From: Planctomycetes bacterium UBA1146
Lineage (GTDB): Bacteria > Planctomycetota > UBA8108 > UBA1146
Direction of reading: 5' to 3'
NCBI GenBank assembly: GCA_963854815.1
Contig: CAWLAN010000001.1
Coordinates: 1-47,734, forward strand
DNA: 47,734 bases
Below are positions 1 to 7,582 of the stretch, piece by piece. The notes beneath the pieces are model-generated. The model worked only from the letters and a program-made list of their open reading frames with translations. It had not been told where the DNA came from and did no database searches. The first letter of the stretch is position 1; every line of letters starts with the position of its first letter. The translations under genes and the position numbers were made by a program.

Positions 1-1206
1 GGCCAGACCCCGCTGATTCACGCCGCCGGGCACTCCAAGCACCCGGAGGTCGTCTCGCTGCTGCTGAAAAAGGGCGCCGAGATCGAGGTCAGAAATGACC
101 TCGGCCGGACCCCGCTGATGCTCGCCGCCCAGTTCTCCTCGACCCCGGAGATCGTCTCGCTGCTGCTGGCAAAGGGCGCCGAGGTCGAGGCCAGGGATAA
201 GGCCGGCCAGACCCCGCTGATGTTCGCCGCCAAACTCTCCTCGACCCCGGCGATCGTCGCGCTGCTGCTGGAAAAGGGCGCCGAGATCAACGCCAGGTCT
301 AACGACGGCCATACCCCGCTGATGTTCGCCGCCCAGCTCTCCTCGACCCCGGCGATCGTCACGCTGCTGCTGGCAAGGGGCGCCGAGGTCGAGGCCAGGG
401 ATAAGGCCGGCTCGACCGCGCTGATGCGCGCCGCCCAGTTCTCCTCGACCCCGGAGATCGTCACGCTGCTGCTGGCAAGGGGCGCCGAGATCGAGGCCAG
501 GGATAACAACGGCTCGACCCCGCTGATGAGCGCGGCGGCCGGCTCCTCGACTCCGGCGATCGTCACGCTGCTGCTGGCAAGGGGCGCCGAGATCGAGGCC
601 AGCAATAAGTACGGCTCGACCCCGCTGATGGTCGCCACCCGGTACTCCTCGACCCCGGAGATCGTCACGTTGCTGCTGGAAAAGGGCGCCGAGTTCGAGG
701 CCAGAGATATACTCGGCCAGACCCCGCTGATTCACGCCGCCGGGCACTCCAAGCACCCGGAGGTCGTCTCGCTGCTGCTGGCAATGGGCGCCGAAATCAA
801 CGCCAAGGATAACATCGGCTCGACCCCGCTGATGGCCGCCTCCGCCCTCTCCACGACCCCGGCGATCATCACGCTGCTCTTGGATGCGGGCGCCGAGATC
901 GACGCCAGGAGCAACGACGGCCAGACGCCGCTGATGGTCGCCGCCCGGTACTCCTCGACCCCGGAGATCGTCACGCTGCTGCTGGAAAAAGGCGCCGACA
1001 TCGAGGCCAGGGATAAGTACGGCAATACCCCGCTGACAGTCGCCACCGCGAAATCCTCGATCCCGGCGATCGTCACGCTGCTCTTGGATGCGGGCGCCGA
1101 GATCGAAGCCAGGAACAACATCGGCTGGACCCCGCTGATGGTCGCCGCCGGGGTCTCCACGACCCCCGAGATCGTCTCGCTGCTCTTGAATGCGGGCGCC
1201 GATGCT
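1..1206 (+). repeat. 99-bp (33-codon) tandem repeat array underlying the ankyrin gene
   Basis: Units starting at 118, 217, 316, 415 and so on keep an exact 99-nt period with high nucleotide identity. Bases 1-66 are identical (66/66) to bases 715-780. Confidence 0.85.
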
Positions 1207-1314
1207 CTGTCGAAGTCCAAGGAGGGCAAGAAGGCCATCGATTACGCCGAGGAGAACGACAAGTTGAAGGGGACGAAGGCGTACTGGAAGTTGCACGACC
1301 AGTCGATCGAGTAG
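1..1314 (+). CDS. ankyrin-repeat protein (5' end lies outside the window)
   Basis: Frame 1 is open from base 1 (GQTPLIHAAGHSKHPEVVSLLLKKGAEIEV...) and joins the listed ORF 118..1314; stop at 1312-1314. It contains about 12 tandem 33-aa units of the form G.TPLM.AA..SSTPEIVTLLL.KGAEIEARD. This is a variant of the ankyrin consensus, with TPLM in place of TPLH and SSTP in place of GH. Confidence 0.9.
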   Translation, partial: GQTPLIHAAGHSKHPEVVSLLLKKGAEIEVRNDLGRTPLMLAAQFSSTPEIVSLLLAKGAEVEARDKAGQTPLMFAAKLSSTPAIVALLLEKGAEINARSNDGHTPLMFAAQLSSTPAIVTLLLARGAEVEARDKAGSTALMRAAQFSSTPEIVTLLLARGAEIEARDNNGSTPLMSAAAGSSTPAIVTLLLARGAEIEASNKYGSTPLMVATRYSSTPEIVTLLLEKGAEFEARDILGQTPLIHAAGHSKHPEVVSLLLAMGAEINAKDNIGSTPLMAASALSTTPAIITLLLDAGAEIDARSNDGQTPLMVAARYSSTPEIVTLLLEKGADIEARDKYGNTPLTVATAKSSIPAIVTLLLDAGAEIEARNNIGWTPLMVAAGVSTTPEIVSLLLNAGADALSKSKEGKKAIDYAEENDKLKGTKAYWKLHDQSIE

Positions 1315-1371
1315 GGTGGTAGCGGTACTGCGGTGAGGAACGAGTGCAATTCGCCGGCTTGTGCCCGCCGC

Positions 1372-1695
1372 CTACTTCTCGCGGGTGGCGGTTTCTGGGG
1401 TCGGGACGGGCACGCTTTCTCCCAGCATTTCCCGGGCCATGTCGGCGATCTGCAGTGGCGGTGCCATCGCTTGCAGTTTGCGCCAGTCGCCAGTGCGGGT
1501 GTTGCCGAGGATCAGCCAGCCGTTGTCACTCTTGGCGTTGACATCAGCACCCGCCTCGATCAACAGCTTGACGATCTCCGGGGTCGATTCCTCCGTGACG
1601 GCACGCATCAGCGGTGTATTGTCGACCACATCCCTAGCCTCAATCTCGGCACCTTCGCTGATCAGTAGCCGGATGTAATCCGCCCGCGACCCCTT
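1372..1695 (-). CDS. short ankyrin-repeat ORF, possibly a gene remnant (start unclear)
   Basis: The C-terminal part of ORF 1372..1944(-) reads ...ADYIRLLISEGAEIEARDVVDNTPLMRAVTEESTPEIVKLLIEAGADVNAKSDNGW..., the same TPLM/STPEIV ankyrin flavour as the plus-strand gene. The ankyrin-like part begins 2 nt after the stop of the upstream gene (1700). No ATG, GTG or TTG occurs there (the codons read AAC ATC AAG GGG). The first ATG is at 1608. Confidence 0.35.
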   Translation of the reverse strand, partial: KGSRADYIRLLISEGAEIEARDVVDNTPLMRAVTEESTPEIVKLLIEAGADVNAKSDNGWLILGNTRTGDWRKLQAMAPPLQIADMAREMLGESVPVPTPETATREK

Positions 1696-1699
1696 GATG

Positions 1700-2830
1700 T
1701 TAGGGGCAGCTGGTCTGATCACACTGAAGGGTATCGGTATCGGTCGGATCGGGGCCGCAACCAGTCTGGAGATTCGGCTCCGGAATCGGCGTGGCACCGG
1801 GAATGAACAGGCTCGAGAGCAAGAACACCGCATCCGCAACGTTGACTCCGCCATCATCGTTGACATCGCCGGAATCGCGACACCCCAGTGGAGTCGCTCC
1901 GGGTATGAACAAACTCGACAGCAGGAACACTGCATCGGCAACATTTACGCCCAGGTCGAGATTGCAGTCACCGCGGATGAAGGCATCCCCCGTTGGGCAG
2001 GTCGTGGGAGTTTCCAGCAGCGCGATTCCATTGACGTCGACCGGCATTGTTCCCAACAACTGCTCCTGGCCATCGCTATCGACCAGATAGGTCGAATCAT
2101 TCCCCTGCACCCAGATGAAGACATCCTCGTCATCCCAGTAGGTCAGACTACGGACCGGCTGCGCGCTGAGAGTGGCAGACAGAGGGATCGTCGTCGAATC
2201 GCAATTGTTGGGTCCAGTGACGGCGGGGCGCTCGAACTGTGGCGTTGAACCGGCCGTCCATCCTCCCGAGGCACGGAACACTTCTTCGCCAGCACCCAGA
2301 GCGATGGAATCACCACCGTCACTGCCGTCGTACTGGCACAGATCGAGTGGCCCACCGGTGATGGTGCTCAACTCGCAGTAACTGGATTCTCCCGTGGTGA
2401 GAGTATTCGTGATGGCACGAAGTTCGCCGGACTCGGTGAACTCGAGATCATTGAAATCGAGTATGGTAAATCCGATCAGGCTCAAGGTGAGATTGATGGG
2501 GTCGTATTCGAGCAACCACGGCGAAGGCGCCGGAGATGGCGGTAGCGAAAGCATCGCGAGCATGAACCAGTTGCCGGTGCTGGGATGGATCGCGATTCCC
2601 CTCAGCCCATCGATCTCGATGGCACCAGTGATCGATATCGGAGTCTCCGAAATCACCGCGAGCGTATCAACATCGAGCTCCCTGACCACATCGTCCTGAT
2701 CGGAAACAGTCAGGAAGGTGGTGACGAAGCAATTGACTGGCCCCGCCTGCCCCTCCAGGGAGGACGTGGTTACCGTCATGCACAGCAGCATCACCGTAGC
2801 AACACTCTTCAGAAAAATATTCGATTTCAT
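1700..2830 (-). CDS. secreted hypothetical protein with a C-terminal double dockerin-like (EF-hand) module
   Basis: N-terminal signal peptide (MKSNIFLKSVATVMLLCMTVTTSS). The C-terminus reads FIRGDCNLDLGVNVADAVFLLSSLFIPGATP...GDVNDDGGVNVADAVFLLSSLFIPGATP..CGPDPTDTDTLQCDQTSCP, which are two dockerin type-I-like Ca-binding segments. Confidence 0.8.
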   Translation of the reverse strand: MKSNIFLKSVATVMLLCMTVTTSSLEGQAGPVNCFVTTFLTVSDQDDVVRELDVDTLAVISETPISITGAIEIDGLRGIAIHPSTGNWFMLAMLSLPPSPAPSPWLLEYDPINLTLSLIGFTILDFNDLEFTESGELRAITNTLTTGESSYCELSTITGGPLDLCQYDGSDGGDSIALGAGEEVFRASGGWTAGSTPQFERPAVTGPNNCDSTTIPLSATLSAQPVRSLTYWDDEDVFIWVQGNDSTYLVDSDGQEQLLGTMPVDVNGIALLETPTTCPTGDAFIRGDCNLDLGVNVADAVFLLSSLFIPGATPLGCRDSGDVNDDGGVNVADAVFLLSSLFIPGATPIPEPNLQTGCGPDPTDTDTLQCDQTSCP

Positions 2831-2879
2831 ATCTCACTCCGATCACCGATCGGTCCGGGGCGGGAGGGACTTTCCGGCG

Positions 2880-4229
2880 CTAGCGCCCGAGCGCTTTTTT
2901 TAGCGATTTTTCCAGTTGGTCGTAACTCTGATATCCAGCTTCCCGGGACACAACGTTGCCCTTGCGGTCGATGAAATAGACCGTCGGCAGTCTCTTCAAA
3001 TGGTACTGCTGAAAACCAACGCCGTCGCCCCGCAGCAACATCCGTTGCTGGAGATCGTTCTCCTGAACGAACTCTCGAATACGGCTTCTGCTGTCATTGT
3101 CGGCATTAATTGCCAGCACGGCGACGTCCTGGCTCCTGTATTCCCTCTGGATCTTGCTGAGGTACGGAGACTCCGCACGACAGATACCTCACGAATAACC
3201 CCAGAAGGCCAGTAGCAACGTTTTGCCCCTGTACTCTTCCAGTGTCACCTGATTCCCGTCGACGTCATCGAGGGTGAAAGCGGGTGCCGGCTTGCCGATC
3301 ATCTTGCGGGCTCTCACGTCAGGATCGAGCGGTTGCGAGGCGATCTTCTTGCTCGCCTTCAGCAGTCCGGCCACCTCCTTCACCACGTCACCGAGGGGGC
3401 CTTTCTCGTGATCCTTGCGATCCTCGTTGAACATCTTCTCGGCGATCTCCACCGCCGCCAGGGACATTCCCTTGCGCAGAACCCTCACCACGGGTGCGAG
3501 AAACTCGTATCCGCTCTGAACTTCCTGCGATTCCTGTGCGTCGATAAGACCTGCCTCGAGGCGTTGGACCTTGAGTTGGCGCTTCTCGGTGCGGGCATTG
3601 TCGTCCTCGCCACGAATCAGCGTGGTAACCCATTCGGCAGACTTGAGGGATCCGCCTGCTGACATGTGAAGAGTTTCCGTGAACTCGGTCATCCTCAGAG
3701 CCCTGGCACCTCCGCGCACCACGATCTCGCTCCCGGCAAGAGTTCCAGTCTGAGTGATCATGCCATCTGCAGCGGTGACTTCTTTTCTCTCGACGGGAAT
3801 CTGGCGACGAAATCCGACCGGGGTTGCGTCAGCCCAGCCGAGTCCGTTCTCATGGCCACCAGCGCCGTGGACCGATAGCAACATCTCCATCACACCCGGA
3901 GAAAGCGGATCGAACAGTTCCGGTCTCGGTTTCCCCGTTCCCTGGATCAACATCGAACCGATGGGAAAACCACCCGGGAACGAACCATCCGATGCGACCG
4001 CTCTCCAGACCCAACGATGCCCACTCGGAGCAGGGATCTGGTAGATGGTCACCTCGTACTGGACCGCGTCCTCACCGCGAACTCTTTCGACACTCCAGAC
4101 GGCCTTGGCCGATTTCGTCTCTTGCTGCTGAACCGGAACTGCCATCGAGACGGCAGACAGGGGGGCGAGAAGAAGCAGTACAGGAAGGGACTTCCACAAA
4201 GCCCTCTCGGTCCAGCGGCGTGATCGCAT
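2880..4229 (-). CDS. TlpA/ResA-like thiol:disulfide oxidoreductase fused to a domain of unknown function of about 330 aa; predicted selenoprotein (TGA at 3189-3191 read as Sec)
   Basis: ORFs 3189..4316 and 2880..3119 share a frame ((3191-3119)/3 = 24 codons). Only one TGA and 23 sense codons separate them. The joined sequence ...GKPAPAFTLDDVDGNQVTLEEYRGKTLLLAFWGYS-U-GICRAESPYLSKIQREYRSQDVAVLAINADNDSRSRIREFVQENDLQQRMLLRGDGVGFQQYHLKRLPTVYFIDRKGNVV... is collinear with the TlpA/ResA fold (FWATWCGPCRAE...GLPTTFLID). The likely start is ATG 4229 (MRSRRWTERALWKSLPVLLLLAPLSAVSMA, a signal peptide), preceded by GGAGGAG. Confidence 0.7.
3158..3191 (-). promoter_or_regulatory. SECIS-like hairpin starting at the UGA
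   Basis: The minus strand is UGAGGUA-UCUGUCGUG-CGGA-GUC-UCCG-UACCUCA. It forms a 7-bp outer stem (UGAGGUA/UACCUCA), a 5' bulge, and a 4-bp apical stem (CGGA/UCCG) with a GUC loop. The apical stem starts 13 nt after the UGA codon. An alternative 7-bp apical stem GUGCGGA/UCCGUAC is also possible. Confidence 0.5.
3189..3191 (-). other. in-frame UGA, candidate selenocysteine codon at the first position of a U-G-I-C redox motif
   Basis: The minus strand reads GCC TTC TGG GGT TAT TCG TGA GGT ATC TGT CGT GCG GAG, which translates as A F W G Y S * G I C R A E. The stop aligns with the first Cys of the thioredoxin-fold CxxC. Confidence 0.65.
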
Positions 4230-4542
4230 CGAGAATCTCCTCCGATAAGAAAAAAGTAGGCCTCTTTGTCCAAATTCGAGGGGATGTGGGAATTCCATGC
4301 CCATCCGGGGTGCCACTCCATTTCACGGTAATCTGCCCGGGAATCGGAGGCAAGGGGTGTCCAATTGGGTACTGGTATCCTGGAACCGGCTCCACTACAC
4401 TAGGAGCCGATGCGTGAGCGATGGGCCCGTCCCGGGGATTTTCTGTGAGGGAATCGGGAAACGGGTGGCGTCTTACGGGATGTTGGGTCGGTGCCGCAGG
4501 TGTTCGACCACCCACGGTAAACCTCTCTGGAGGAGGGATGAC

Positions 4543-5256
4543 ATGTTGAACCGCGTTCAAGTTCTGCTGCTGATGGGGTTGTTGTTGATCTTCATGCCCG
4601 TTGCGGTAGGCACTCTCTTCAGTGCTGACGAAATAGGTCTTCGCAAGCCGCTCGATCTCCCAGCCGGAGGAGCTGGCGTGGACGACGAGGAAGAAGACGC
4701 TCCTGAAGCGATCAGTTTCTATGGCAGTGAGTTCGAGGGAGATTGTTTCGTCTTCATCGTTCCGGCCTATGGTTTCTGCGGAGAGACAGTTATCTTCGAC
4801 ATGATTCGTCAGGAAGTCGCCCAGACACTCAACCAGCTTTCAGCTGCCGTCGATTTTGCCGTCGTTGCCTACAACTCCACCACTTACATCTGGCGGCCCG
4901 AGTGCTGTAGTGCCTCGCCGGGCCACAAGGCATCGGCTCAGGCGTGGATGGGCACGCTAGCTCCCATCGAAAACCATTGCCTGCTCGATGCAGCTCTGGC
5001 AGGACTCGGTCTTGCACAGCAAGCCCCTGGTGCCTACAAGCAGGTCATCATCTGCGGCGCCCGCGAACCTTACTGCAACGGTTCCGGTGGAGGCAGTTAT
5101 GCCGACATCTGCCTGGAGTCGATCACGGCAGCCAACTTCGAGAATCTTCCGATCCACACCATCTACTTCACCAGTTCGTTCTATTCCGGCGAAGAGGCGT
5201 TCTACATCAACCTCTCTGCCATGAATGGTGGAACTTTCCGTCAGGTAGATTACTAG
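4543..5256 (+). CDS. secreted vWA-like domain protein (the MIDAS motif is not evident)
   Basis: ATG 4543 is preceded by GGAGGAGGG. Signal peptide MLNRVQVLLLMGLLLIFMPVAVG. The layout is vWA-like (..FVFIVPAYGF...FAVVAYNS...IIICGAREP...IHTIYF...MNGGTFRQV) but lacks a DxSxS motif. Confidence 0.6.
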   Translation: MLNRVQVLLLMGLLLIFMPVAVGTLFSADEIGLRKPLDLPAGGAGVDDEEEDAPEAISFYGSEFEGDCFVFIVPAYGFCGETVIFDMIRQEVAQTLNQLSAAVDFAVVAYNSTTYIWRPECCSASPGHKASAQAWMGTLAPIENHCLLDAALAGLGLAQQAPGAYKQVIICGAREPYCNGSGGGSYADICLESITAANFENLPIHTIYFTSSFYSGEEAFYINLSAMNGGTFRQVDY

Positions 5257-5275
5257 CAGTTATCGACCCGGATCG

Positions 5276-5318
5276 AACAAGGCCCTGGACGCTCGAGCGT
5301 TCAGGGCCTTGTTTTTTG
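5276..5318 (+). terminator. rho-independent terminator after the vWA-like gene
   Basis: A 12-bp stem AACAAGGCCCTG / CAGGGCCTTGTT (5276-5287 / 5302-5313) with an internally palindromic loop, followed by a T run (6 consecutive T at 5312-5317, the first two being the last two stem bases). Confidence 0.75.
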
Positions 5319-5353
5319 CCGAGAGACTCCCCCGAATCCTGCCGAGATGGCCC

Positions 5354-6454
5354 TCAGCGAATCTTGAGTAGCAAGATGATGAGCAAAGGAGCCAGCAGCG
5401 CCTGAGCGATCACGAATCGCACCAGAACCTGGGCCTTGGACCAGCCCAGATTCTTGCGGCAGTGATCATGAAGGGGGAAACGAATGTGGTGGAAAATCCG
5501 GATCTTGAGAAACTTCTTCAACCCGATCTTGAACAATCCTGTACCCCCATTGGCCAGGATCAGCAAAGCGACGACCGCCAATAAAAAAGGGTTTCCGGTC
5601 GCCAGCACGAACACCCCCAGCAGTAGACCAAGTGCCCGAGATCCTGCATCTCCCATCAGCAACTGGGCTGGCTCGGCATTGAACCACAAGTAAGTCGCCA
5701 GGGTTCCGAGGGTCGTCGAAACCACGATGGACCAACTGGCTCCATCTTCATAGAAGGGCACCAACAGGTATCGCGCGGTCTCGATGTGCCCCACCACTCC
5801 ATAAAGCACACCTCCGAGACCAACAAATGCCAATCCCAGCAAACTACCGGAGAGCCCATCGACACCATCGGAACAATTGGTCGAATTGATGGAAAACCAC
5901 AACAGGGCCGTCGCCATGATCCCGTATTCCCAGGAAGTAAGGAGAAGTGGAGCCAGCATTCCGGCGGTTCCATCGAGGGCTGCCTCAGCCCCCATCTTCG
6001 GGGCGTGGAATGGCACCCAGATCTCGACGAAGGACTCGCCACCGATCATCGCCCAGGCAACCACCATGGAGAGCAGCAGATCTATCGTCCCCTTGACCAA
6101 TCGACCCCACCCAGCCGGACTCCGGTCATCGAGAAATCCAGCACCCATGGCGAACAGAACTGCCACCAAGATGACGGCCCGAAACGGATCCCATGGTGTC
6201 ACCAGCAAGCAGATCACGATGGTGACCGGTATGAAGAGAGCGCCTGCACCGGTCGGCTTGCCGATCGAATCCGGGGAATCGATGGCATGGTTTCTACCCC
6301 GGTCGGTAGGAAGAACCCCGCGCCAGCGCTTGAGTACCACATAAGACCCGAGTGCAGCGAAGACGACTCCGAGGGCACTCAGTATGAGGTGGGATTGGAG
6401 CAGCCGTATGGGGCCCCAGAAATCCTGGAATTGCTGACCCAACCAGTAGAGCAC
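5354..6454 (-). CDS. MraY/WecA-family polyprenyl-phosphate sugar-phosphate transferase (divergent MraY-like)
   Basis: Polytopic membrane protein with the family motifs in order: IGKPTGAGALF, FLDD, NCSDGVDGLSG, MGDAGSRALG, and RFPLHDHCRKNLGWSKAQVLVRFV (compare PLHHHFE..GW.E..VV.RF in MraY). Confidence 0.7.
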   Translation of the reverse strand: MLYWLGQQFQDFWGPIRLLQSHLILSALGVVFAALGSYVVLKRWRGVLPTDRGRNHAIDSPDSIGKPTGAGALFIPVTIVICLLVTPWDPFRAVILVAVLFAMGAGFLDDRSPAGWGRLVKGTIDLLLSMVVAWAMIGGESFVEIWVPFHAPKMGAEAALDGTAGMLAPLLLTSWEYGIMATALLWFSINSTNCSDGVDGLSGSLLGLAFVGLGGVLYGVVGHIETARYLLVPFYEDGASWSIVVSTTLGTLATYLWFNAEPAQLLMGDAGSRALGLLLGVFVLATGNPFLLAVVALLILANGGTGLFKIGLKKFLKIRIFHHIRFPLHDHCRKNLGWSKAQVLVRFVIAQALLAPLLIILLLKIR

Positions 6455-6577
6455 TGAGGCATCCCCCCCGGATCCTTCCCGGTCGGAGGATCCCCCGCAA
6501 GGATAGCCGCCGGGATCACGTCAAGAAAGGTGGGACGAATACGCTGCTCTGTCTTGCATTGACATCATTCGCCAACA

Positions 6578-7327
6578 TTACCCACCGGTCTTCGAACCCT
6601 TGGGGGTCGACTCGGATTCGTTCTTCTCGCCACGCTCGCGCGCTTCCCTGGCTTCCTGGATCCGAGCACGCCGTTCATCCTCGACCCGCCGGGTACGGAT
6701 CACCATTCCATATGCACGTACCAATGGATTCTGCACGGTTCGTCCCTCGACCACGTCGCGAATCGCCATGTCGAGGTACAATTTCCTCTCGAGCTTCTTT
6801 CCCCAGACATCATCGTCGATAGCCCCGTGGTAGACAATCTGGCCTCGATTCACCACCAGATATGTAGGACTGACCTGCACTCCGAAGGCCTCTGCCAGAC
6901 GTCCGTCCAGATCGATGAGGTAAGGGTGCTTGACCGAAAATTTCTCGAGCCAGGGGCGAATCTTCTCCGGATGGGCGAAAAATGCAGAGTCGATGGAAAC
7001 CCACTTCACTCCCTGCTTGCCCCAGCGACGAATCATCGGCGTGACTCGATGCTGGGCATAGAGCCGCTGGCTGAACCGACACTCCGGGAGGGTCCATTCC
7101 AGAACCACCACCTCTTCGGAAAGGTTGGCGAGATCAAAGGGCTTGCCATCGATATCGTCCAGAACCAGAGCCGGAGACGGCTTTCCCAGAAGACTGGCAG
7201 GATCGGCAAGATGGGTTACCTTCTCCACCGTCGCTGGCGCATCAGGGGCAACCACGGGAGGCTCCTGCAATCTGTGGATGAATGATAAATTCAGGCTCAG
7301 AAAAATTACTGGCAACAGCGATACCAT
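6578..7327 (-). CDS. secreted thioredoxin-fold (redoxin-like) protein with a single-Cys site and a basic/acidic C-terminal tail
   Basis: Signal-like N-terminus MVSLLPVIFLSLNLSF. Redoxin layout GKPSPALVLDDIDGKPFDLANLSEEVVVLEWTLPECRFS...VSPTYLVVNRGQIVYHG. The motif LPEC replaces CxxC. Confidence 0.7.
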   Translation of the reverse strand: MVSLLPVIFLSLNLSFIHRLQEPPVVAPDAPATVEKVTHLADPASLLGKPSPALVLDDIDGKPFDLANLSEEVVVLEWTLPECRFSQRLYAQHRVTPMIRRWGKQGVKWVSIDSAFFAHPEKIRPWLEKFSVKHPYLIDLDGRLAEAFGVQVSPTYLVVNRGQIVYHGAIDDDVWGKKLERKLYLDMAIRDVVEGRTVQNPLVRAYGMVIRTRRVEDERRARIQEAREARERGEKNESESTPKGSKTGG

Positions 7328-7582
7328 TCAAAACGACCTCTCTTGTGATCACGGCCAGGAGTTCGAGAGGCAGATCCTCGACGAACTCCGTTTCCTCCAG
7401 CATCTTACCATCATCGGCCTGCAACAGGGTCGGTACTCGATTCAGGTTCCGACAACTGAGGGCGACATGGTACTATCCCTGTGCCACGTTTTGCTGGTAT
7501 CGCAGCCTCTTCACAGTTGGGTGGCAATGGCGATGAAGAACTCCGATCCTGGCCAGGACCCGCCAGTGAGGATTGCCCTGAC

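Noticed and set aside
1-1206. A regular 99-nt periodic repeat that might be mistaken for a CRISPR-like array
   Set aside because: The units abut one another with no unique spacers. The whole array is one open reading frame encoding ankyrin repeats, and no cas genes are present.
18-1238. Long minus-strand ORFs (18..668 and 732..1238) with repetitive ISGVE/SSSVTI sequence
   Set aside because: They are antisense shadows of the ankyrin repeats. Their low-complexity periodic translation simply mirrors the plus-strand repeat.
1333-1678. Three overlapping plus-strand ORFs of 65-111 aa
   Set aside because: They lie antisense to the ankyrin-like minus-strand frame, have Arg/Gly/Pro-rich compositions typical of off-frame GC-rich DNA, and show no recognisable motifs.
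4297-4542. An 82-codon N-terminal extension of the vWA-like ORF
   Set aside because: The signal peptide and a strong GGAGGAGGG Shine-Dalgarno sequence point to ATG 4543. The extension has off-frame-like composition and lies in the divergent promoter region.
7242-7475. A short minus-strand frame reading ..NRVPTLLQADDGKMLEETEFVEDLPLELL.., reminiscent of a thioredoxin C-terminal half (cis-Pro VPT motif)
   Set aside because: Only about 75 codons are open. An upstream TAG (7473-7475) is followed by sequence that does not resemble a CxxC-bearing N-terminal half. The frame overlaps the start of the 6578..7327 gene in another frame. The similarity is too short to support a gene or pseudogene call.
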